From positions 1-53,953 of the IMG/VR virus record IMGVR_UViG_3300005573_000115: a stretch of DNA of 53,953 nt. One strand, given 5' to 3'. How positions within the stretch are numbered: position 1 is the stretch's first letter; every line of letters starts with the position of its first letter. This DNA is from a virus. Taxonomy: Duplodnaviria > Caudoviricetes. The translations under genes and the position numbers were made by a program. This document shows, piece by piece, positions 46,125 through 53,953 of the stretch. Below the pieces are notes generated by a model. That model was not told the origin of the DNA, made no database searches, and saw only the letters and a program-made list of their open reading frames with translations.

Positions 46125-47385
46125 GTCCGTAGGGGAGACCAAGCTGGAGGAGGCGATCCTGAGAATCGTCGTGGACTCGCCCTTCTTCCGAAGCCTTGTC
46201 ACCTATCTGAACTTCGAGGTCTACCCTGGGGAGTGTCCGATCACATCCTCGGACGGAACGCATCCGGTCGGGGGCATCCAGACGGGGGACCGGGTGATCC
46301 TGTATGAGAACGGGATCATTCGCATGACGAGCGACGAGCTGACTGGGATCGTCATGGAGCAGATTCTTCACGCCGCTCTCGCCCACCCCGCCAGGAGGAG
46401 AGGGCTTCCTGACGAGACGGCATGGAGGACGGCTGCGGATCTCGCCGCATGGCAGCTGGAGGCTGAACATGCTCTCTGGCTGACGATGCAGGGCAAGAGC
46501 CGCCCTCGGGTCCCCGACGTGAAGGCGATTGCCGGGGCGTTGCGGGAGGCCCTCGGAGTTCCTCTCTTCGACCCGTCCGTACAGACGGAGGAGGAGATGT
46601 ATCGGCTTCTGGAGGGAAACATGGGGGGACTCGGTCTGGGAGCGATTCCTCAGAGAGACTCCCATGAGTGGGAGGATCCTGACGGGGAAGGCACCTCCTC
46701 GGATGACTGGAGCGACCGCCTTCAGAGCGCCGCTCTCCAGCAGGAGATGGCTGAGGAGGGAAGTCCGAAGAGGGGCTACGACCCCCTGGGATTCCGACGC
46801 ATCGTGAAGCGCCGCCTCACCCCGGCAGTCTCCTGGCAGTCGGTGCTTCTTCCCTACCTGACGAGGGACCGAAACGAGTACGATCCTCTCTCATGGGATC
46901 GGCGGTTCCTCCACAGGGAGGAGTTCTGGTGGCCTGACCTGTCGGATGAGGAGACTCTCAGAATCTGCATCGCCGTGGACAACTCCGGGTCAGTGCTCGA
47001 CGACACGCTCGCTCGGTTCTTCACTGAGATGTTCAGCGTTCTCTCCATGTACCGCACGGAGGCGACGCTTCTCTCCTTCGACGCCGCCGTGCACACGAAG
47101 ACGGTGGCGAGCTGGCGGGAGGGATTCGATCCTGACGAGCTGGCGTCCTTCTTCAAAGGAGGAGGGGGCACGGACTACGAACCCGTGTTCGAATGGCTGG
47201 AGAAGGAGGGGATGAAGCCTGATGTGCTCCTGATCCTGACAGATGGGCTCTGCACCTGGGAGGATCGCAACCCGGACTTCCCAGTTTTCTGGGGGATCTG
47301 TCCGTGCTCTGGAACGTATGACGAGTTCCTTCGGATAGCGTCTGTCATTCCCTATGGAACCCCGATCTTCATACCTTCTCCGTGA
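46117..47385 (+). CDS. DUF2201-like metallopeptidase-fold + VWA domain protein
   Basis: AWRTAADLA, VSWQSVL, MIDAS DNSGS, GGGGTDYEPVF, LTDG. Confidence 0.85.
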   Translation: MPKSVGETKLEEAILRIVVDSPFFRSLVTYLNFEVYPGECPITSSDGTHPVGGIQTGDRVILYENGIIRMTSDELTGIVMEQILHAALAHPARRRGLPDETAWRTAADLAAWQLEAEHALWLTMQGKSRPRVPDVKAIAGALREALGVPLFDPSVQTEEEMYRLLEGNMGGLGLGAIPQRDSHEWEDPDGEGTSSDDWSDRLQSAALQQEMAEEGSPKRGYDPLGFRRIVKRRLTPAVSWQSVLLPYLTRDRNEYDPLSWDRRFLHREEFWWPDLSDEETLRICIAVDNSGSVLDDTLARFFTEMFSVLSMYRTEATLLSFDAAVHTKTVASWREGFDPDELASFFKGGGGTDYEPVFEWLEKEGMKPDVLLILTDGLCTWEDRNPDFPVFWGICPCSGTYDEFLRIASVIPYGTPIFIPSP

Positions 47386-47484
47386 CACGTCGGAAGGAGA
47401 GTGTGTTTTGATAGCACAGGACGAAGACGACCGAATCCAGGGCGAGTTACACGGTTGGAAGTGGATGTGAGGAGGTGGAATGGA

Positions 47485-47700
47485 ATGTCCGCTGATCTGA
47501 ACGGGATGACGAGGAAGGACCCGATCGATCTGATTCAGGAGGCGCAGAGCCGATACATGCAGGCGAAGGAGACGTGGGCCATCGCCGATCACAGCGACCC
47601 GCTGGTGGAGTCGGTCCTGTGGCTCCGTAGGGAGAGCGCCCGTCTGTCTTTAGAGATTCTGATAAGGGACTTTCGCTGCGGGAAGGGGACGGAGGCATGA
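47485..47700 (+). CDS. YaaL/DUF2508-like small helical protein
   Basis: IQEAQSRYMQA...DPLVESVLW...SARLSLEILIR pattern; SD GAGGAGG. Confidence 0.45.
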   Translation: MSADLNGMTRKDPIDLIQEAQSRYMQAKETWAIADHSDPLVESVLWLRRESARLSLEILIRDFRCGKGTEA

Positions 47701-47900
47701 CAGCGAATCAGATGGCGCAGGCCCAGCGAGATCTGGCGGAGATGGGGTGGGTGGCGTTCGACGGCCTTCAGGATTTGCAGGACTTCCTGGCCTCCTCCCG
47801 ACTGCTCCTTCAGGGGAAGGTGGGGATATACCGACGCACAGGCTCCGGGGGGTGGATGATGGAGGTTACGGAGGATGCACGAAAGGGGGACAAAACATGA
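47697..47900 (+). CDS. Hypothetical protein
   Basis: ATGA overlaps on both sides. Confidence 0.6.
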   Translation: MTANQMAQAQRDLAEMGWVAFDGLQDLQDFLASSRLLLQGKVGIYRRTGSGGWMMEVTEDARKGDKT

Positions 47901-48313
47901 GAGTGCTCTGCCTGGGAAACCCGAAGATGATGCGAGACGCCTTCGGCCCGATGGTCGGGTCCGCCCTGCATCGGAAGTCGCCCTCTCTCCAGATCCTCGG
48001 AACGATGGAGTCGCCTATCTGGGGCGACAAGCTGACTCCCACAGCGGTGCGGTGGCTGGATCTACGGCAGGGGTCAGGAATTCTGGTGGACACCGTGTAC
48101 CCTCCTGTCGTTGAGGGTCTGACAGGAAGCGAAAACGGTCTGTACATCGTGTCGCAACCCAACATCGTGAGCGGGGGAGCCCACTTCCGAGCCGAGTACG
48201 GTGTGTTTTGGCGTATCGAGTCGGCCTACGGTAAGATCCCCAGAGACGTGATCGACGAGGGTGTTAGGCTGGTGGAGCAGATTGTTAGCGTGGCAGATAG
48301 CTCATGTGCGTAG
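47897..48313 (+). CDS. yyaC: YyaC-like spore protease homolog (shortened)
   Basis: VLCLG....RDAFGPMVGSAL...ILGTMESPI...ILVD matches the YyaC pattern. Confidence 0.65.
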   Translation: MRVLCLGNPKMMRDAFGPMVGSALHRKSPSLQILGTMESPIWGDKLTPTAVRWLDLRQGSGILVDTVYPPVVEGLTGSENGLYIVSQPNIVSGGAHFRAEYGVFWRIESAYGKIPRDVIDEGVRLVEQIVSVADSSCA

Positions 48314-49301
48314 AGATGGGGCGGTCATATCAGAGGGGGAGATCTATCGGGTGTACGCCGATCTCCCGGTTCGACCCGCCTTCGTGTCCCTCTCCAGAAA
48401 GCGGGCGCTGTCCGTCGTCTCGATCTTCGGGTCAGTGACGGTTGAGGATGCGGCGTTTTCTGGTATACTTGAAAGGGAGAAACAGATTCTCAGGGTACAG
48501 GACCGTACCCTGAGAAACCAGAGAGACTGGCTGCGGGAGGGTCAGAATCTGGGGGTGGACACCGCATCTCTCGTGGACATCATCGACCGGAGGAGAGCGG
48601 AGATTCTCATCGTCAGGCAGGAGCTTCGCCGAGTCCGCAGCGACTGGGACACGCTCCTTCTGGGTGGAAGCCCCTCATCGAGATGGTGGATCCGAAGAGC
48701 GGTGCCCATCTTCCCGGAGAGACTTCTGACCCTGTGGGATCTGGCATCGGAGGAGAGGAGACGTGTACGGGTGAAGACCCAGGGGGTTCCGGTCACAGAT
48801 GAGCGACTCAAGGAGTCGGCCCTGCGGCTGATGCTGGAGCAGGACCCAGGGGCGATCGGTGAGGCGGTGCCTCTTGTTCTGGGGATCGATCCCGGACAGA
48901 CGACGGGGTTCGCTCTGTGTCGAGGTTCCGAGGTCCTATGGACAGCGACAGCGCAGGGGGATAAGGAAGTCTGGACGACGCTGGCCGCTCTCTTTCGGGA
49001 GCACGGGCTGGGACCGCCTGACGGATTCCCCGTCCGTGCTGTCGTCGAGCGCGCAGTCAACTTTCAGTTCATCAACAAGGAGCGGGTGGCGACCATCCAA
49101 GCGGAGGGAACGTCCACGCTGTTCCTTCATCTTCTGGAGATCCCCTACAAGTACCAGACCTCCTCTCAGATTGGGGCCTATAGTATGTCTAGACTCAAGG
49201 CCCTGACCGGAAGCGAGTTCAAGACTCGGCACATGGCGGACGCCTGTGCTCACGCTCTCTACAGTCAGGGGATCTTCACGCCGAAAGGAGGCGAGGCGTG
49301 A
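48261..49301 (+). CDS. Protein with C-terminal RuvC-like Holliday junction resolvase domain
   Basis: VLGIDPGQTTGFA, VVE, HMADACAHA; start uncertain. Confidence 0.75.
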   Translation: MLGWWSRLLAWQIAHVRRDGAVISEGEIYRVYADLPVRPAFVSLSRKRALSVVSIFGSVTVEDAAFSGILEREKQILRVQDRTLRNQRDWLREGQNLGVDTASLVDIIDRRRAEILIVRQELRRVRSDWDTLLLGGSPSSRWWIRRAVPIFPERLLTLWDLASEERRRVRVKTQGVPVTDERLKESALRLMLEQDPGAIGEAVPLVLGIDPGQTTGFALCRGSEVLWTATAQGDKEVWTTLAALFREHGLGPPDGFPVRAVVERAVNFQFINKERVATIQAEGTSTLFLHLLEIPYKYQTSSQIGAYSMSRLKALTGSEFKTRHMADACAHALYSQGIFTPKGGEA

Positions 49302-49755
49302 ATTCAGGGTTGTGTCATGGGATGACAGGATCCAGAAAGGGAGCGACAGAGCGATGAAGATTGCGAATGAAGGCGACATACCCGAGCCGAACGTGACCCG
49401 AGAGATCAGACCCACCAACCACCCGACTATCAGCTATCTCCTTCAGACGTGGATTCCCGAAAAGAACGCGATGGTGTCCACAGTCGCGCACACGGTACCG
49501 ATCGGTTGGGACCGCACCTCCGAGACGATAGTCTTCACCACGGACGAAAAGGGAAAGATCATCAGCTTCGCCGAGCGCTACTTTAAGTCCCATGGGTATG
49601 ATAGCGATCACGGCAGCCTTTTACAGGCTCACACTGACATCGTGGAGGGCACTCGGTCGGGCGAGATCCCGCTCCAGGAGGATGAGGATGAGGATTCAAC
49701 TTGGCTCTCCTCACCTTGGGAGGACGGGGAAGACGAAGTGGAGGATGACTCATGA
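49298..49755 (+). CDS. Hypothetical protein (start approximate)
   Basis: MVSTV...ETIVF..D.KG..; acidic tail. Confidence 0.55.
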
Positions 49756-49820
49756 GCCACACACCGGGACCGTGGACCTTTACCATGGAGAGTTCACGGA
49801 GTAGTCCCGGATTACTCTAA
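49752..49820 (+). pseudogene. HTPGPW-motif phage gene remnant (22 codons)
   Basis: MSHTPGPWT.. then early stop. Confidence 0.45.
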
Positions 49821-49896
49821 GCAACCTGCCTGATGAATCGCCCTAGGGTGCAGGAGGGCGGCGAAGGATCCGCTTGATTCAGAGAGGAGTGATCCC

Positions 49897-50205
49897 ATGA
49901 TCCGCAAGATGTATCGACACGGGGACCTGCTTATCGTCAGTGTCGAGTCGGCCCCGGATCAGACAACGCCCCGTCCGTCCGGTATCGTCGCCGAGGGGGA
50001 GGTGACGGGCCACGCCCACGTCCTCACCGGAGGAGTGGTGCTAGAGGCTAAGGACGGAGAGGTGTACCTCCGCATCACGGAGGATGGAGCCGTCATGACT
50101 CACGAGGAGCACGGTCCTCTCACTCTGGAGCCTGGAGACTATCAGGTGGTGCACCAGGTCGAGTGGCGTCCGTATGACGCCGCCGTCGCTCGGGTGACCG
50201 ACTGA
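49897..50205 (+). CDS. Conserved small protein (RHGD..GEVTGHAH..HEEH) that usually precedes DUF6745 genes
   Basis: Motifs and synteny. Confidence 0.8.
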   Translation: MIRKMYRHGDLLIVSVESAPDQTTPRPSGIVAEGEVTGHAHVLTGGVVLEAKDGEVYLRITEDGAVMTHEEHGPLTLEPGDYQVVHQVEWRPYDAAVARVTD

Positions 50206-51530
50206 TGATCGACCACCTCACACCCGAACAGGAACGATCCCTGCTGGAGTTCCGATCCCGGTACCTCGCCTACGGTCTCTCCACCGATCCTGCCGACCGC
50301 CCACGGGCTGAGGCCGCCATAGCGCGAGCATATCGCCGCATCGGGCGAGATCCCGTTCCGGTGATATGGGTAGACAGTCCACTCACAGCGTCGCTCCTCC
50401 TCCACATCCTGACCGCCGGTGCCTCGTCGCAGCCCCTACTGAGGGACTCGCTGAGGGGATCGCTGGAGGGATCGCTGAGGGACTCGCTGAGGGCCTCGCT
50501 GTGGTACTCGCTGGAGTTCTCGCTGAGGGACTCGCTGTGGGCCTCGCTGTGGTCCTCGCTGTGGTCCTCGCTGAGTGCCTCGCTGTGGGACTCGCTGAGG
50601 GCCTCGCTGGAGGGATCGCTGGAGGGATCGCTGAGGGACTCGCTGAGTGCCTCGCTGGGGTCCTCACTGAGGTCCTCGCTGAGGTCCTCGCTGGAGGGAT
50701 CGCTGAGGGACTCGCTGGGGAACTCGCTGTGGTACTCGCTGGAGTTCTCGCTGAGGGACTCGCTGTGGGCCTCGCTGAGGGCCTCGCTGGAGTTCTCGCT
50801 GGGGTCCTCACTGGGGGACTCGCTGGAGACCTCCACGATAGAACCCCAGTGGGCACCGTGGTGGGGCTCGATGGAACTCTCATGGGTGGCGTTCTACCGC
50901 TTCTGCGCCGAGATCGGCGTCGAATTCAACCCGGAGGACGCCGACGGCCTCAACATCCTGGACGAGATCGGCCAGTCGTGCGGATGGTGGTATCCGCGAG
51001 ACGGAATCTGCGTCGCCTGCGAGCGCCCCGAGGCTATCCGCATGGAGCCGTGGGGGAACAATGATCGCCAGCGCCCTCACTGTGAGGATGCCCCCGCCGT
51101 TCAGTTCCGCGACGGATGGAGAATCTATGCGTGGCACGGCGTCCGGCTAAGCGGCGAGTTCGGCCAGCGACTCATCGAGACGCCCGATTCAATCACTAGA
51201 GAGGACCTGATGGGCGTGACGAACGCCGAGGTGCGAAGGGCGGCGCTGGAGCGTCTCGGGACTGATCGATTCGTCTCCCTCCTGGATCTGGAGGAGATCC
51301 ACAAGGAATCCTGGGGACACCCGGAGATGATGCAGGAGGCCGTGCTACTGCGAACCCGTGAGCCCGATCCTGTTGTTGGCGAGCACATCCAGTTCGTGCG
51401 GGTGTCATGCCCCAGTACCGAGCGCACATTCCACCTGTGTGTGCCAGCCGATGTGACGAGAGCGCGTGAGGCGGTGGCTTGGACCTTCGGCATGGGGGCC
51501 GACGACTACCTGCCTCTGATCGAGCGGTGA
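50205..51530 (+). CDS. DUF6745-like protein with internal SLxx repeats
   Basis: PADRPRAE, WVDSP, SCGWWYP, ERP, HCEDAPAVQFRDGW.IYAWHGV, NAEVRR, CPST. Confidence 0.85.
   Translation: MIDHLTPEQERSLLEFRSRYLAYGLSTDPADRPRAEAAIARAYRRIGRDPVPVIWVDSPLTASLLLHILTAGASSQPLLRDSLRGSLEGSLRDSLRASLWYSLEFSLRDSLWASLWSSLWSSLSASLWDSLRASLEGSLEGSLRDSLSASLGSSLRSSLRSSLEGSLRDSLGNSLWYSLEFSLRDSLWASLRASLEFSLGSSLGDSLETSTIEPQWAPWWGSMELSWVAFYRFCAEIGVEFNPEDADGLNILDEIGQSCGWWYPRDGICVACERPEAIRMEPWGNNDRQRPHCEDAPAVQFRDGWRIYAWHGVRLSGEFGQRLIETPDSITREDLMGVTNAEVRRAALERLGTDRFVSLLDLEEIHKESWGHPEMMQEAVLLRTREPDPVVGEHIQFVRVSCPSTERTFHLCVPADVTRAREAVAWTFGMGADDYLPLIER
50448..50831 (+). repeat. 12-bp coding minisatellite TC(G/A)CTGNNNNNN x32
   Basis: 32 consecutive SLxx tetrapeptides. 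Confidence 0.95.
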
Positions 51531-51550
51531 GTGGAGGAGGATGAGCCTCT

Positions 51551-53266
51551 TTGCCGGTCATACGGTTCAACCTAAAGACAGGCACCCTGATGGTCCAGGG
51601 AGGGGACAACAGCATTCACGCCTCCCTGGGTGGAAGGCAGGTCAGAAATCTGGCCGAGGGATGGGCCTACGTCCCCTCGCTCCTGATGGTCACGACCCTT
51701 CTTCGCGTCTTCCCCGACATGAAGGCTGCCGATGAGGACACGGAGGCGTTTCTGATCTCCATGCGCCAGCGTCTGTCCACGGTGGCGAAGATCCGACAGG
51801 CTTCCGACTGGGAGGGACCGGAGGAGGTGTCTGGAATCCGTCTGGACCCTCCCCAGAGAGTAGGAATCGCCTTCCTGAGAACCGTCCGTCGAGCCATCCT
51901 GGGTGACGGTGTGGGAGTAGGCAAGACGGCTCAGGCGCTCCTGGCGGCGGATGAGGGTCCGGTGGTGGTGGTGTGCCCAAAGTATCTCACCTATCACTGG
52001 AAATCCCAGGCGACGCTCTGGCGACCTGACCTGGAGATTATCGAGGAGCCTTACAAGGCCCTTCCGGTTGGATCGTATCCGAACGCCTCCGCCACCCTGT
52101 CCGTCGTCGGGTACGAGGAGTTCACCCGTCACGGCATCCCGTCTATATGGGATCGAGAGATGCATCGGAGAAAGGACACCACTCACTTCGGCACCCTGAT
52201 CGTGGACGAGGCGCACAGGATCTCCAACCGAAACTCCCAGAGGTCGAAGGCTGTGCGCCACGCCTCTCGCAGGTTCACCTCGGTTTATCTCCTGACGGGA
52301 ACGCCGATACGACGGGACAACTCCGACCTGTGGGCGCAGCTCAACTGTCTGGACCCCGGCGTCTGGGGCTCCTACTGGAAGTTCGCCTCCGAGTTCTGCA
52401 TCGTGACCGAAGGGCCATTCGGGAAGATCGTGGAGCAGCCCAATCCGAAGCTGTCCGTGGGAGCGGCCAAGATCCAGCGGCTCAAGGACGTTCTGGAGTT
52501 CTACCTCCTGAAGAGGGAGACGAAGGATGTGCTACCGGATCTCCCGGACAAGCGCAGGCTCTTCATTCCCTATCCGCTCTCATCGGAGCAGACCGAGTGG
52601 TACGAAGCGCTTGAGCGGAATCTGGCTCTGGAGGTTAGAGACCGACTGGTGGAGACCCCCACGGCTCTGTCGCTCCAGATGCGCCTTCGCCAGATCTGTC
52701 TGGACCCTGATCTGGTCGGAATCGAGGGGCCTTCGAATCGACTGTCCGCTCTCCTGGACATCCTTCGGGACACCGCCGGGGAGGAGCGAGAGCAGGTGGT
52801 GGTGTTCACGGTGTTCAGCGAGTTCGCAAAGCGCATCGTGGAGAGACTCCCGGCCAAATACCGCCCGGTGCTGATCCACGGTCAGATCGACGCCAGGACC
52901 AGGGACCGCTCTGTGTCTGAGTTCCAGCAGGGGATCTCCAGGGTCCTGGTGGGAACGATCGGGGCCATGTCCGAAGGTCTCGACTTCTCGTGTGCTCGAA
53001 TCGCCGTCTTCACTGATCTCCCCTGGTCCTCCCTGGAGATGGAGCAGGCTGAGGGACGGCTCAGGCGTCGGGGCCAGGAGAGGGATGTGGAGTCCGTCAT
53101 CCTCTACGCTCCCGGAACCGTCGAAGAGGATGTCATGAGGATTATGAGCCGAAAGGAGCGAGCTGGTGTGGACGTGTTCGGCAGCGAGTCGCCCAAGCGG
53201 GAGACGGTGGCGTTCAGTCACGAGGTACTTAGGTCCATCCTGAACAGACGGGGGGTGAGAGTGTGA
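51551..53266 (+). CDS. SNF2-family helicase/translocase
   Basis: GDGVGVGKT, DEAH, LTGTP, LRQ, EGLD, QAEGRLRRRGQ. Confidence 0.9.
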   Translation: MPVIRFNLKTGTLMVQGGDNSIHASLGGRQVRNLAEGWAYVPSLLMVTTLLRVFPDMKAADEDTEAFLISMRQRLSTVAKIRQASDWEGPEEVSGIRLDPPQRVGIAFLRTVRRAILGDGVGVGKTAQALLAADEGPVVVVCPKYLTYHWKSQATLWRPDLEIIEEPYKALPVGSYPNASATLSVVGYEEFTRHGIPSIWDREMHRRKDTTHFGTLIVDEAHRISNRNSQRSKAVRHASRRFTSVYLLTGTPIRRDNSDLWAQLNCLDPGVWGSYWKFASEFCIVTEGPFGKIVEQPNPKLSVGAAKIQRLKDVLEFYLLKRETKDVLPDLPDKRRLFIPYPLSSEQTEWYEALERNLALEVRDRLVETPTALSLQMRLRQICLDPDLVGIEGPSNRLSALLDILRDTAGEEREQVVVFTVFSEFAKRIVERLPAKYRPVLIHGQIDARTRDRSVSEFQQGISRVLVGTIGAMSEGLDFSCARIAVFTDLPWSSLEMEQAEGRLRRRGQERDVESVILYAPGTVEEDVMRIMSRKERAGVDVFGSESPKRETVAFSHEVLRSILNRRGVRV

Positions 53267-53617
53267 AGATCCCGCCGCGGCACAGACGGCTCATCACTAT
53301 GATCCTGTTTCTGCTGTCCCTCGTCTCGGCCGTCACCATGCTTCCAAGATCTCATTCGACCCCCGGCATGTCCCGTCGCACCTTGAAGATCCTGCACTTT
53401 CCCTGGGCGTCCTCTGTCCTTCGGCCCCGAACCCCCTCGCCCCGCAGGCTCGCATCCTCATCCGCGCCTGTGGTCGTTGTCGTAATGGACTCCCGCACCA
53501 CCCCCGCTCAGAGAGACTTTGTGAAGCTGGTGGCACCTGCGGCGCTCTACGTCCATCAAAAGACGGGCATCAGCATGCGGACCCTCATCAGTCAGTGGGC
53601 TCTGGAGTCGGGGTGGG
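53263..53617 (+). pseudogene. GH73 glucosaminidase-like cell-wall hydrolase, interrupted after ESGW
   Basis: N-terminal TM/signal segment; FVKLVAPAA...GIS...ISQWALESGW followed by unrelated sequence. Confidence 0.7.
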
Positions 53618-53953
53618 CGGCTCATGGCGTATGGCGGAGCGGCAACGGAAACGGAGGGTTTCAAACAGTTCACTTGATTCCAATTTATTTCTAATCTATC
53701 CTAATTGATATGGACGGGGATCTGAACGTCACGGGCATGGTGAAGAACCACCGCCTTGCCCGTGCGGTGTCCGACAAGAGCTTCGGGGGATCGTCGTGGC
53801 CGACCGGTTCTTCCCGTCCTCGAAGCGGTGCTCGGCCTGCGGGGCGGACCACCTGCGGGACCTGAACGCCGCCAGGAATCTGGCCCGATACGCCGCGAGT
53901 TCCGCGGTGTCTGCCTGTGGAGGGGAAGGCTCTGGCGATGGTCATGGGACCAT
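53618..53953 (+). mobile_element. tnpB: Non-autonomous IS607/IS605-type element with internally deleted tnpB and start of omegaRNA-like region
   Basis: DLNVTGMVKNHRLARAVSD, frameshift, ADRFFPSSKRCSACG..RDLNAARNL, then GAGTTCCGCGG..GCCTGTGGAG; left boundary approximate. Confidence 0.8.

Noticed and set aside
50270-51064. Alternative-frame ORFs across the 12-bp repeat
   Set aside because: Stop-free frames are a by-product of the repeat
53618-53710. Group I intron (IStron) at the insertion's 5' end
   Set aside because: Only ~90 nt precede the tnpB remnant and no core P/Q/R/S elements are recognisable
1-53953. tRNA/rRNA genes, integrase
   Set aside because: None recognised by eye; a tRNAscan/HMM run would be needed to exclude them

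Overview
High-GC segment of a large contractile-tailed (myovirus) phage or prophage with a SPO1/Herelleviridae-like morphogenesis module. The host is probably a spore-forming Bacillota member: there are strong GGAGG Shine-Dalgarno (SD) sites, sigmaA-type promoters and YyaC- and YaaL-like genes. The left arm (1-33.0 kb, minus strand) carries baseplate/tail genes, tape measure, a tail chaperone with a +1 frameshift site, tube, sheath, neck, major capsid, scaffold, protease, portal, an intein-containing TerL, TerS, a catalytically altered IS607-TnpA-like protein and an AAA ATPase. A non-coding switch region (33.0-33.9 kb) holds promoters, CAATAG repeats and a 23-bp tandem repeat. The right arm (33.9-53.9 kb, plus strand) is an early/accessory array of small genes, many preceded by a hairpin + U-tract + SD unit. 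It continues with a beta-clamp-like gene, a MoxR/VWA pair, a RuvC-like gene, a DUF6745-like repeat protein, an SNF2 helicase and a GH73-like gene interrupted by a TnpB remnant. The most striking signal is two type I hammerhead ribozymes (39551-39603 and 40809-40860) with compensatory stem II changes. Each has its CUGA core overlapping the stop codon of one of two paralogous genes and is followed by a competing hairpin and the SD of the next gene; a third, half copy is also present. Several late genes appear to start at near-cognate codons (CTG/ATC/ATA). All family assignments come from motif recognition by eye; no database search was run.
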